Shown one piece after another: positions 53,791-64,000 of a DNA stretch of 64,000 nucleotides. The translations under genes and the position numbers were made by a program. The first letter of the stretch is position 1. Each line of letters opens with the position of its first letter. The notes under the pieces are model-generated. The model ran no database searches. It was given only the letters and a program-made list of their open reading frames with translations, and had not been told where the DNA came from. This DNA is from Moniliella sp. 'wahieum' (taxonomy: Eukaryota): assembly GCA_003971905.1 (NCBI GenBank), contig RSEE01000029.1, positions 496,001-560,000 on the forward strand, read 5' to 3'.

Positions 53791-54791
53791 GGCGCATACT
53801 GGACGGGAAGCTGGACGTGGAATGCAGTGCATTGTGTTGGGGCCAGTGACTATTATAGTGAGTGCATCGGGTGGTGTTGTTAACCCATGGTCATTTGTGG
53901 CCAAGGTCACTTCTATGCATCTCCAGCTTGAAGCTTGAAGTGACGTCGTGTGTGTGAGTGCGTGATGTTTTTTCTGACGTTTCCGACTGTATGATACCTT
54001 GGATTCGCCACCCCTTCGCACTTTGATCTCCATCGACCCCCATTTTTTGCGGCTCTTGAGCTGCTCCTAGGCGTTTAAATTGGGGCCGGGCAGTCATTTG
54101 GTTTGGATACGTGGATGAGCACAACGGCGTCGAAGGACGCTGAAGCGCCGACGCGCCGATGGAGCTGATGGATTTTGAGATCGGATGGGCAAAGGGGGTC
54201 GGACGACGGGATGGCTGGCTGGTCCCAGCGCCACGTTAGGCCGCCCTCGGTGACATGATACGGCATGTGACATCAGCGCTCAGCACGTCACGCGCGTCAG
54301 CCCAAATGTCGGCGCAGCCTGCCTCGGCATCGAGCCTGCTCAGCGCGTCAGCGACCCACGGCATTCTGGCTGGCCGAAGCCAGGCCCCATTCCCATTCCA
54401 GAGCGCAGACAGGGGAGATGGGGGCGGAATGCTGAGGTAAGTTATGCGCACCTCGCGTGGCGTTTTTAGGCGCAGCGCAGGACCTGTACCGAGGTACTGA
54501 GGTAAGCACACGGCCGGGGTGGCACGTGCGGTGCCTTCTGTCCGCTGCGTCCCTTTGGTGCGCTACGGCCGGCAACGTCCGATGGCGCGGCATGCGCGTG
54601 TCAGATGTTCGATTTGCGGCGTTCGATGTTCCATGTCGTGCGTCAGCGCGTCAGCTAACCCAGCAGCTGGCCAGCAACCAGTCCGACGGCGGGAGGTGGA
54701 CGAAGCTTCAAAACTCCATCTCCCGTGTTTCCCTTGCCACCACCACCACCCTTCCCGTCTTCCTACAACTCCCTTTGCTACACCATCCACC

Positions 54792-56031
54792 ATGTCTACT
54801 GCCGGCAAGCCCATTGAGTGCACCGCCGCCGTCACCTGGGGTCCTGGGGAAGAGGCCAAGATTGAGCAGATTACCGTGGACCCTCCCAAGGCGAACGAAG
54901 TTCGGGTCAAGGTCGAGTACACGGGTGTCTGTGAGACCGACCGATTTGGCGGGTCGGGCAAGGACCCCGAAGGCGTGTTCCCTGTTGTTCTTGGCCACGA
55001 GGGGGCTGGGATTGTCGAGTCGGTAGGGGAGAATGTGGACAATGTCAAGGTGGGCGACCATGTGATCCTTCTCTACACGGCCGAGTGCCGTGAGTGCAAG
55101 TTCTGCCGGTCGGGCAAGACCAACTTGTGCCAAGCGGTGCGTGCGACCCAAGGTCAGGGCCTGATGCCCGACCGTACCGTTCGCTTCCATGCTCAGGGTA
55201 CGTCTTGTTTGCCTTGTGCTTCCGCTCGGTCGTTAGTCCACACGTGTGCCCCTCCAGCTCCTACTGACTGTGTTGCCCTTTGTCTGACCGTTGCAGGCAA
55301 GGACATTTTCCACTTTATGGGTTGCAGTGCGTTTAGCCAGTACACGGTCGTGAGCAAGTACTCGCTCGTGGCGGTCGACCCCAAGGCTCCCATGGACAAG
55401 ATCTGCCTCCTGGGTTGTGGCGTGACCACCGGCTGGGGCGCGGCCGTCAAGACGGCCAAGGTGGAGGAAGGCAGCACGGTTGCCGTGTTTGGGATTGGCT
55501 GTGTAGGCCTGGGCGTGATTGATGGTTCGGTGTTCCAAAAGGCAGGGCGGATCATTGCAGTTGACATTAACCCCAAAAAAAGCTTGGGCCAAGAAGTTTG
55601 GCGCGACTGATTTTGTCAACTCGGCTGCGTTGCCCGAAGGCAAGACGATCACTGAGTACCTTATTGAGTTGACCGATGGCGGTCTGGACTACACGTTCGA
55701 CTGCACGGGCAATGTGCACGTGATGCGCGCTGCGCTTGAGGCTTGCCACAAGGGCTGGGGTGTGAGCACGGTCATTGGGGTTGCAGCCGCTGGCCAAGAG
55801 ATCAGCACACGGCCGTTCCAGTTGGTCACCGGCCGCAAGTGGCAGGGCAGTGCGTTTGGTGGTGTCAAGGGACGTACCGAGTTGCCAGGCATGGTAGACA
55901 AGTACCTCAATGGTCAGTTTAAGTTGGACGAGTACATTACCGACTCGACCGACATTGATCACATTAACGACTCGTTCAAGATCATGACAGGTGGAGAGTC
56001 GATCCGCTGCGTTGTGACGATGCACAAGTAA
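54792..56031 (+). CDS. SFA1: S-(hydroxymethyl)glutathione dehydrogenase / class III alcohol dehydrogenase
   Basis: [55 protein letters not shown]; intron ~55198-55296; one indel near 55580. Confidence 0.95.
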
Positions 56032-56294
56032 GTGTGCATTCATGCATCATGGTTCTTTCTTTGCCCTGCATTGCGCCCTGTATCTTTGTCGTCCTACAAG
56101 ATACCTCAATTCATCTTGCGCTATCGTATGCTATTTTCCCCCTCGGGGCCCATAGGCGCTAAGCCTCAGCCGTGGTAGAACCGGATTGGTGCAATATCTG
56201 CGGGACAGTGATGGCAGTACGGATGGAGGGGGTTGGGGTGGGGGGGCTACTAATGCGTGGGAGGGGCCGATGTGACAGCCATACGGGGGAGAAA

Positions 56295-57726
56295 TTATTG
56301 GCCCGCGCGCTCAGGTGGGGGACGAGGGGCGGAGGCTGGTACAGGCAAGCAGCAGCGGCCTTGGCAGCCGATTGCTTGACCTTGGCCACGGCGTACACCA
56401 CACCGGCTGCAAACCCCATCGCGATCGCCAGCGCATTTCCCGCGGTAGCGTGCTCGCCGAAAAAGATCATGCCCGATACGGACAGGGGCAATTTGTTCAG
56501 TGCGCCCGTCATCGAGTACGTCGTGCTGCTCGTCACACGAATGCACCAGGCCGTGGTAAAGCCAATCATCATGGCGCATGCACCGCTAAAGAGAATAGCA
56601 ATAATCATCCCCGTTCGCTTGTCCGCAGGGAAGCATGCATCAAAGTTGGCCACCGTCCAGGTCTCGACGATCCAAGAGAGAATCAAAAGAATGGGCACAG
56701 TGAGGAAGTTGTTGTAGTACATCGAGTCCCAGTCGGTAAACCCGGTGACCTTGATGCGCTTACGCATAAGGAGAACCTGTAACAAAAACAGATGCATTCC
56801 AGGGTCAGTACCGCAAGGGATCCAGAAATGAAGAGGGGCAAAAAAACGTACATAGGCCGCACTGCAGAAGCAGTTGCACGCCATCCAAATGTAGCCCAGC
56901 GAGTCATTGAGCTTGGAGGCAGGCTTGTTTTCTCCTGCCTTGGGAACTGGCGGGGTGTCCGCCCAGTACGCAATAATGGAGGAGACAATCATCAGCGCAA
57001 ATGCAGTGCTGGTCAAGGTGGTGATCTTGCCGCTAAACCAGATTTTCTCACCATAGGCAATGAGGACAATGGTCAGGTTCTTGAAAATGGTGTACACGCT
57101 CACGTTGAGGTGCTGGAGCGCCTTGGAGCCCGTGTAGATAACGGCGGCAAGCAAGAACGAAATGGGAAACCAGAGTCCCACATCGCGCTTGTTGAGCCCA
57201 CGAAGCTGGATCCATCCGACCTGACATGCAATCAGTACGAGAACGACTCCCACCACCGACTGCGACATGAGCACCACCAGGTTCAGGTTGAAGTTGGGGT
57301 CCTTGACGATGAACTGGGAGGGGGGGGGGGGAAGGGGAGTGGAACCACCCACGTTAGCAAATCGGTGACAAGCCAGAACGGAAAAGACAAAACGACACAC
57401 CTTGTTGGCGACCGTCATGGTAATGGACGAGACACAGTACGATAATGGCAGGCGCGCCTTGCCAAGCGCCGGCGTGTTTCGCACTGGGGCCGCTTCCAAC
57501 AGCACTCATGTCAACCTGCACGCGGTTGCCCTCCGACGCAGGAGGGTACTTGGTCCCATGGTGGTCAGAAAGGGAGATTCTTCCTCGTCCGTCTCCTTGC
57601 TGGCGTACTCGAGCTCGGCGGGGGACGAGTCGGGGGGGGACATGAAGGCGGAGGCGCTGCTCTGGGCAGGGGGGTTGCCCGGGGGGGCGGGTAGGCGGGC
57701 TGGGCGGTGCGTGTCGCGTCGCTCAT
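56295..57726 (-). CDS. VRG4: Golgi GDP-mannose transporter
   Basis: SYCVSSITMTVANK, YTGSKALQ, YTIFKNLTI, DSMYYNN, TSSTTYSMTGALNKLP (GALNK motif); two introns; ends approximate. Confidence 0.93.
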
Positions 57727-58296
57727 GATGGACGCGGGGTCGCGGGGTGGCGGCGGCAGAGGCAGAGGCAGAGGCGAAGGAGAGGCTGCGGCCGGCGCAA
57801 CACTCGTCTGGGGGGCGGTGGCGGCGCAGAGCAGCGCAGGCAGCAGAACCGCGCAGCGCAGGCGCATGCAGCCGCAAGCTTCAAGCCCAAGGCGGCGGCC
57901 CAGCCGGCGCAAGACACACGCAAGACACGTGCGGCCAGCGAACGCCCCCCAGCGCCAGTGTCCGCTGGGCGCGGCTCGGCGCCACCATTCCATATTCCAC
58001 TCGCATTCCGCAGCACACGCGCTCCTTATGTAATCCACTCCCTCCCGCTGGTGCAGCATGTGACGTGGAAGCAGGCCGAAGTCAGGCCTCAGGCCTGCCT
58101 CAGGCCCCTCAGGCCGCCCCTTGAGTGGTCCTGGACGAGTCATGTGCTCCGGTGGGGCTGCCACGCTGTGCGGCTCCAGGCTGCTCCAGCCCAGCACGCC
58201 CGCCCTCCCTCCCTCCCTCCCTCCCTCTGTCCTCCCGGCCTCCACCCACCACCACCACCACTCCTACCTTCTCTTCTGCCACCGTCTCCCATCGCT

Positions 58297-58940
58297 ATGA
58301 CCGCCACCACCCCTGCCCCCGCCCCGGCCGCGGCCCCTGCACCCGCCGCGGCACAAGCCCCGCCCCCGATGCTCAACCGCGACCTGGCCATCAAGAGCGT
58401 AGAGCACGCCCAGACGTATTACAACATCCTCGAGGCCATGCCAGGCCACAAAGTCCACCTCACCCGCTTTGACGATGATCTCTACCGCGACTTTCTCGAG
58501 GCCTTCCCGGAGCTCGCTCCTCCACCCAGGGCGAGGAGACTGCGGACCCCGTCAGCACCATCACTGAGTTTTCCGTCAAAAGCCCCGAGGCTCAGCCCAA
58601 GTGGCAGGCCTTGGCGGCCAAGTACGCCGACAAGAGTACGTCCCCCCCTGTGTCTTCTTTTTGGGGTTTTGTTTCCCACACGACCTCCCCCCCCCTGCTG
58701 CTCCCCCACTAATCCGGTTCTGTTTCCCGTACCAGTTTCTGGGCTGCGCGATGGCACTCTGATCCGCAACAATGTCAACCAAGAGTACACCAGACCAACA
58801 CCATGTTCCTCTGGCGCATCCAGTTCTACTGCTACGAGATTGCTCGCAACCGTCGCGGGCTGAATGACTGGATTTTCGTCAAGGAGCAGCAAAATAAGAA
58901 CAAGGTATGTACTTCTCCTCTGGACCCCCGATCCCTATGA
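58297..58940 (+). CDS. PBDC1: PBDC1/YPL225W-like (DUF757) protein
   Basis: AIKSVEHAQTYYNIL, LTRFDDDLY..F...FPEL, GTLIR, RIQFYCYEIARNRRGLNDWI. Confidence 0.88.
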
Positions 58941-61068
58941 GAACGGGCATTGGAGCGATCGGCGCCCGAGTCATCGAGCAAGTGCACAGCAGGAAAGGAG
59001 ACGGGTTGTGCCTTTCCTCTCTCTGTAGGCGCTGAACATTGAACCCTCAAAAGGGGGGCCATGCCAAAGCGCAAGGAACATCGAATGTGCGATCGGGAGC
59101 TAACTGTGGTTGCGTTTTCCAGGCCAAATCGTCTTGAAAGTCTGCCTGAACCTCTTTTTTTCCGACCCATGCATGGACAGCAATGGTATATTTCTTCTTC
59201 TGCTTCTCTGCCTATGCGCGGGCGATTTGGTGCATGGGTCGGCACGGCACCCCTCCCTGCTCGTGTGTTATGTCGGCCCCGTGGCCTGAAGAGCTGGGTC
59301 GTCAACGCGCCAGCCATGATGTCCTGCTTTTGCAGACCAAAATGACTTTTGAACAAGGCAGTCTTTTGGGTGTTTGTATGCAGTTAGCAAAAGTAACGGT
59401 GTGCGACCGTTTTGCTGTACATATAGCACAGTCGAGGTGTTGCGGCGCACTAGGGATCGATAGTCCCAGTAAGGAGGGGCGTGCAGATCAGAAGGACTCT
59501 CAGATCTCAGATCTCATAGAGATAAAGTCTACCACGTTTGCTATCAAAGCGCTAGGAACCCCCTGCCCCCACCCTATCCACCTTCGAGGGCAGCGAAGAA
59601 GAGCGGCGGAATTAACGCGTAGCGGTAATGATTAATGACATGTGGCATGTGACATGTGACATGCATAGTGAGGGATGTGGCTTTTGAAATTTGAACCGCC
59701 TGATTACTAGAAAGAGCAGGATCAGATCGATCTTCATCAAGTACCGAGGCCCTACCTAATCGAATCATCGGTAATCGACGTAAAAGATATAAGTCGATCA
59801 AGTCTTGTAGCTTGAAGCTTATAGCTTGAAGCTTGAAGCTACAAGCTGCGAGGTGCACCTTGCAAGTTCTCAAAGCGCTGGTGGCCAGAGAATTGGGTTG
59901 CGGTCAAGTCAAGCTCACAGTCTGCCTCAGAGGCTCGTGGGGAAGGTACAGATAAGCGAGAAGCAAGCGTAACGCGTAAGTTGTGCCGCACGCGGTACCT
60001 GTGTGACATGTGATGGATTGTCGCCCTATCAAGCTTCAAGCTTCAAGGTATGGGTTTATCAATCATTGATGATCGATGATGCATGATGCATTGCCGAATT
60101 ATCGAGTGCGGAGCATCCTGTAGTCGGTTCGAATATGAAATCTTTGGGCAGGTCATCGATAGCCTTGCCATGTGGTATAGCACTGTGCGGACGTGGCTGC
60201 TGCTGTGTGGCAGGCTGTGGCCTGCTGCGCCCGGCCACCCGCTCGACCCTTCTGGGAGGGCCGGTGAATATTGAATCGATGGAATCGAGTACCGAACGCA
60301 CGGAATACATACAGCGCAGTGGGAATGGAACCAAAGGTTATGATCGATGATCGATGATCTGAGTCTGACATCGATGAGATGCAAATAAATTAACCACAAC
60401 TGAGACGCAGGCACCTAAGCGCTGCGTACTGCGCGGCTGATTGCAGTCTAGTGCCTGCCCCGCTGAGTGGGCGCGCGCCCTGCTGGGGCGCTGGACTGCT
60501 GTGGTATCCAGCTGTGTTTCCCAGTGCCTCATCGGAAGATTTACGTACGAATCACCCTACCGCCCAAGGGCGTGCTAGCAGAAGAAAGTGCCCGAGGGCG
60601 AGTGCCGAGGGACTGGCATCTTGGTCAGGCCCCGTACGAGGCTTCCCGGAGTGTGTCCCTGTGCGGCGGAAGGAGGGTGGAATTGCCCGTGATACGGGGA
60701 TGCAAGGCGTGCGCCACAATCACTTCGGTGGCAGGTGGCGTTTTGTCTTCTTTGTTCCGTCGCACAGATCCAGCGCATCATGCATCGTCACCATCATCAT
60801 CATCATCATCCATCCAGCTATCAAGCTATCATTCACGTTCAGTCCCCCTAGCCTAGCAGTAGCTTGCCCGGCGACGGACGGACCAGTCGCAGCCACTGGC
60901 GGCTAGTCTCTTCGCTAGCCAATCAGTCAGCGCTGCGCCACTCAGCCGCTCAGCGTCCGTTTTCATGCATCATGCATCATGGCTGAACGTTGAACCTCCC
61001 TCAGATCTGGCCTCGACCAGCAATGGCAACATGCGCGCCTCCTGACCACCCCCCCACCATCTTGAGGT

Positions 61069-62625
61069 ATGAGCGTCATACCTCATCATCCCATCGCCGT
61101 TGCTGGCCCCAGCGCCAGCTTTGTACGGCAGGATGTCTTTCATCTCATGCTGGACTACAACATGTACGCCTCTGCCTTGCTGGGCATTGTCGCCTGGGAT
61201 TATCTTGTGACCCTCAAGGATGAGATCAACATGTACCGCCATCGCGGTCCCAAACTCATCTTGATCCCCTTCTTGACCGCTCGCTACGGCACCCTCGCGG
61301 CCGTAGTGACCAACCTAGTTCAGCTTCGCAATGGCCTGTGGCTCTCTCCCCGCGAATGCTACAACACTGGACGCAGCATTGTCTTCCTCGGCATCATTAT
61401 TACTGCAGCCACAAGCGCCATCTTTGTCCTGCGCACCTACGTCATCTGGCATCGGTCCAACTGGGTCCTGGGCGTGCTTTCCTTGTTGTGGGCGGCTCAG
61501 TTGGCTGGTACGCTAGCTGTCGGCAACGGGATCCGGCCTGCGGTGGTACCAGAGGAAGACAATATGTGCATGATGCTCATGCCACACCGCCACATCTCAT
61601 GGGTCATTTATGCAGTGAACATGATCTTCGACGCGCTCATTCTTATCTTGGCCCTCGCTGCGTTGTTGAACCCGTTCAACCCCATGATTAACAGCCACGC
61701 CGGCAGTTCCGATAATGGTGCCTTGCCTAGTCCTCAGCCTCATCGCAAGCGATCCTCAACCATTCTGTCTCGGTGGATGGGTGCGTTCCGACCGTCGCTC
61801 CAGATGCATCGAATCCAAGCTAGGTTTTTAACGGAAGGGTTTGTCTTCTTTTTTTGCGCCCTGCTGGTCAACTTGATCAACACCTTATTCCTCACCATCG
61901 GCGGTTCTTGGGCTTACGCCAATATCAACACTACCGCTGCCATCGCAGTCACTGGCATGTGTGCTGGCCGAACTGTTCTGATCAAGCTCGCCCTTGATAT
62001 TCCCACGCGAAAGTCGTCTACCACCCCACCCTGGCCTTCATCCCAGGCCACTGGTGTCTCCAACCCCGATGCCGACATGCCACACTCCCACCACTTCCCC
62101 CCAGTCCAAATTGAAACCGTCACGACGCAGACGGCCGACCAGCTCGATGGATATGAAGCCAAGTCTGGCTCCCCCCTGCCTTCAAGTGGATTGAATTCGA
62201 AACTCACACCCCTCTCGGTTGTTGATGCTTCCGATTGGGCTGTAGAGGACACTGGCAGCATCCACTCCACTGGCGAAGGAACCCCGAATTACCCCCGCTT
62301 GCGGGGCGGTTACCGCGTCCCCTCTCTCAACTCAGTGCATGCTGCAATGGCGAATGGAACGTTGGGCTTTTCGCATTCGCGAGAGGATCTGGGATCACCC
62401 CCTACAGGCGGAGAACAGGACCATCCCCTCTCTTCCCCGTCCCAACCCAATACGCATACCCCCACTCCGCCCTCCGGCAGTCCCACCCACGATGTCCATC
62501 CCCCCGAGCGTCCGACAGGAGCGGCTGCTCTCACCCCGCAGCTTTTCTCTCCGCTTGACTTTACCCCATCAAAACCCAGCGAGGATGTAGAAGTGATACG
62601 CGACCCTTTACGTCAAAGCAGTTGA
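61069..62625 (+). CDS. DUF6533-type multi-pass (GPCR-like) membrane protein
   Basis: WDYLVTLKDEI, FLTARYG, FVLRTYVIW, about 7 hydrophobic segments, Ser/Pro-rich tail; intact 518-aa ORF. Confidence 0.8.
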   Translation: MSVIPHHPIAVAGPSASFVRQDVFHLMLDYNMYASALLGIVAWDYLVTLKDEINMYRHRGPKLILIPFLTARYGTLAAVVTNLVQLRNGLWLSPRECYNTGRSIVFLGIIITAATSAIFVLRTYVIWHRSNWVLGVLSLLWAAQLAGTLAVGNGIRPAVVPEEDNMCMMLMPHRHISWVIYAVNMIFDALILILALAALLNPFNPMINSHAGSSDNGALPSPQPHRKRSSTILSRWMGAFRPSLQMHRIQARFLTEGFVFFFCALLVNLINTLFLTIGGSWAYANINTTAAIAVTGMCAGRTVLIKLALDIPTRKSSTTPPWPSSQATGVSNPDADMPHSHHFPPVQIETVTTQTADQLDGYEAKSGSPLPSSGLNSKLTPLSVVDASDWAVEDTGSIHSTGEGTPNYPRLRGGYRVPSLNSVHAAMANGTLGFSHSREDLGSPPTGGEQDHPLSSPSQPNTHTPTPPSGSPTHDVHPPERPTGAAALTPQLFSPLDFTPSKPSEDVEVIRDPLRQSS

Positions 62626-62879
62626 TCTGTTCATTATCGAGACCCTACTAATTGTTTTCTGTCCTTACTTCAACCCTCTCATGTCACTGTGCACTGCACT
62701 TCCTTGTCACATGGTGTTTTACTTTATTCATGTACCGAGTTGCCATTCGTTCTCTGTGCTGTATACAAACCCTTCTCGTCCACTTATAGTAGGAGATAAC
62801 CACGGTTCAGCCTCTAAACATGCCAGCGCCGCATTAACCAGCTGTCGATTTTTCAAGGTCGAATGATATGGATGTGAGA

Positions 62880-63554
62880 TCATACAGAAATAGGGGATCG
62901 ATACGATAGCGGATTCAATTCGTCTCGAGGCATGGCCTGGTTTCCAGGACTGAACCTACCGGGATACCACAGGCTCAGCGGCCAATGTGGTCTGGTGTTC
63001 ATCTCATTCGAGCTGTTAAACTTAAGAGATCGGCTTTGGTCCTGGGGATTGACAAAAGCCGAGACAACAGGCTGCTCCATCAACACGGGATCAACGACGT
63101 CAGCAACGCTGTCGATGGTGACCACAACCTGTGTGAAATGATAGACATGGTCTCTACCTGCTGCCACACTTTGTTGGGCGACTGGTCTCAGACCAGTGAC
63201 TAGTGACCGCAGAACTGACGATTCATTGGGAGTGTGTTGCGCACTACTACGGATCCTTCGCTTGTAGCACCCCTCGACGTACACCGGCTCCATTTCTCTG
63301 TCCTGATCGTGTTGTAGTAACTTGATTGTTACCCATTCCCCCGGCCTATTTCCATCAACTAGCCAAGTTCTTGCCCTTAGTTTGTGCACTATCATAGCGT
63401 CCCACAGACTGCTGTTCACTGTTGACACTATAGATGCGGGACTGACATCCCTACTATGAAAACAAAGGAGTAGCAGCAGTAGAACAATCGTGAGGCGTGT
63501 TGCGGAAAAGAGACTCGAAGAAAGAAGCAAAAAGGGTATAAAAGCTGGGAGCAT
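62880..63554 (-). CDS. Possible orphan protein with a hydrophobic N-terminus
   Basis: Open frame of ~224 codons from MLPAFIPFLLLSSSLF in relatively AT-rich DNA; no recognisable motif. Confidence 0.25.
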   Translation of the reverse strand: MLPAFIPFLLLSSSLFSATRLTIVLLLLLLCFHSRDVSPASIVSTVNSSLWDAMIVHKLRARTWLVDGNRPGEWVTIKLLQHDQDREMEPVYVEGCYKRRIRSSAQHTPNESSVLRSLVTGLRPVAQQSVAAGRDHVYHFTQVVVTIDSVADVVDPVLMEQPVVSAFVNPQDQSRSLKFNSSNEMNTRPHWPLSLWYPGRFSPGNQAMPRDELNPLSYRSPISV

Positions 63555-63633
63555 TAGTGCGAGGCCTGGGGATCGTTTGGAGAGGACCCAACCAAGATCT
63601 GCGTAAGTAGGGACAAAACAAAATGCGGGCCGA

Positions 63634-64000
63634 TCAGGCTTGTTCGACCTCGGAGGCAATGGACTTGCGCTCCTCCAGGTCCGACACCATTTGGTTGTCG
63701 ATGTGGGTGGCGATTTTGGAGCGTGCCCTGAGGCGAGGCCCCCAAGCAAGAAGGATAAAGGGAATTGCACCCAAGATAGTTGCAATGGCCGCCAAGATGG
63801 AAGAAGAATATTGTGGCTCCCAGCCGCCGTTGTGGGTGTGATACATCACCCACCCAAACAGCGGGAACGATCCAGCAGCCAAGTTGCGCAAAAGGGAGAC
63901 AGCGGCAATCGCACTACTGCTACTGGCCTCGTAGGCATCGCTAAGATACTCAAACGACGCAATGTAGATCAAGGCGGCGCCAAATTGGCAGAAGCCGAAT
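63634..64000 (-). CDS. MFS transporter (DHA1-like), 3' end only
   Basis: YLSDAYEASSSSAIAAVSLLRNLAAGSFPLF, IPFILLAWGPRLRARSK; runs off the window. Confidence 0.9.
   Translation of the reverse strand, partial: FGFCQFGAALIYIASFEYLSDAYEASSSSAIAAVSLLRNLAAGSFPLFGWVMYHTHNGGWEPQYSSSILAAIATILGAIPFILLAWGPRLRARSKIATHIDNQMVSDLEERKSIASEVEQA

Noticed and set aside
56295..58940. VRG4 and PBDC1 ('polysaccharide biosynthesis domain') divergent pair, plus ALG2, as a glycosylation cluster
   Set aside because: The PBDC1 name does not reflect a demonstrated glycan role, and ALG2 is 34 kb away among unrelated housekeeping genes

Overview
GC-rich, intron-containing fungal genomic DNA. A basidiomycete is inferred from gene content (secretory LIP lipase, DUF6533-type membrane protein, Zn2Cys6 regulator). 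Nearly every conserved gene carries single-base indels, which look like consensus errors of the assembly, so gene ends are approximate. About 20 protein genes are recognisable: a Zn2Cys6 transcription factor, a CENP-P/Ctf19-like kinetochore protein, the complex I 75 kDa subunit, MET2, VPS24, an ABC1/ADCK kinase, ALG2, a DENN protein, a secretory lipase, a MARVEL-like protein, a DUF2828 vWA protein, a LEA_2-like protein, a very large DYRK/Pom1-type kinase, class III ADH, VRG4, PBDC1, a DUF6533 protein and an MFS transporter. There is also one intron-containing tRNA-Ser(CGA). Two signals stand out. (1) An orphan gene at 27.9-30.1 kb appears to encode four tandem, divergent LC8/dynein-light-chain-like domains in a 2+linker+2 layout. 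(2) Intergenic DNA across the window carries 7-bp-period arrays built from A-NNNN-T palindromic hexamers plus one spacer base; at least 12 different hexamers are used, and some arrays switch hexamer while keeping both phase and palindromy. All family calls come from motif recognition by eye; no searches were run.
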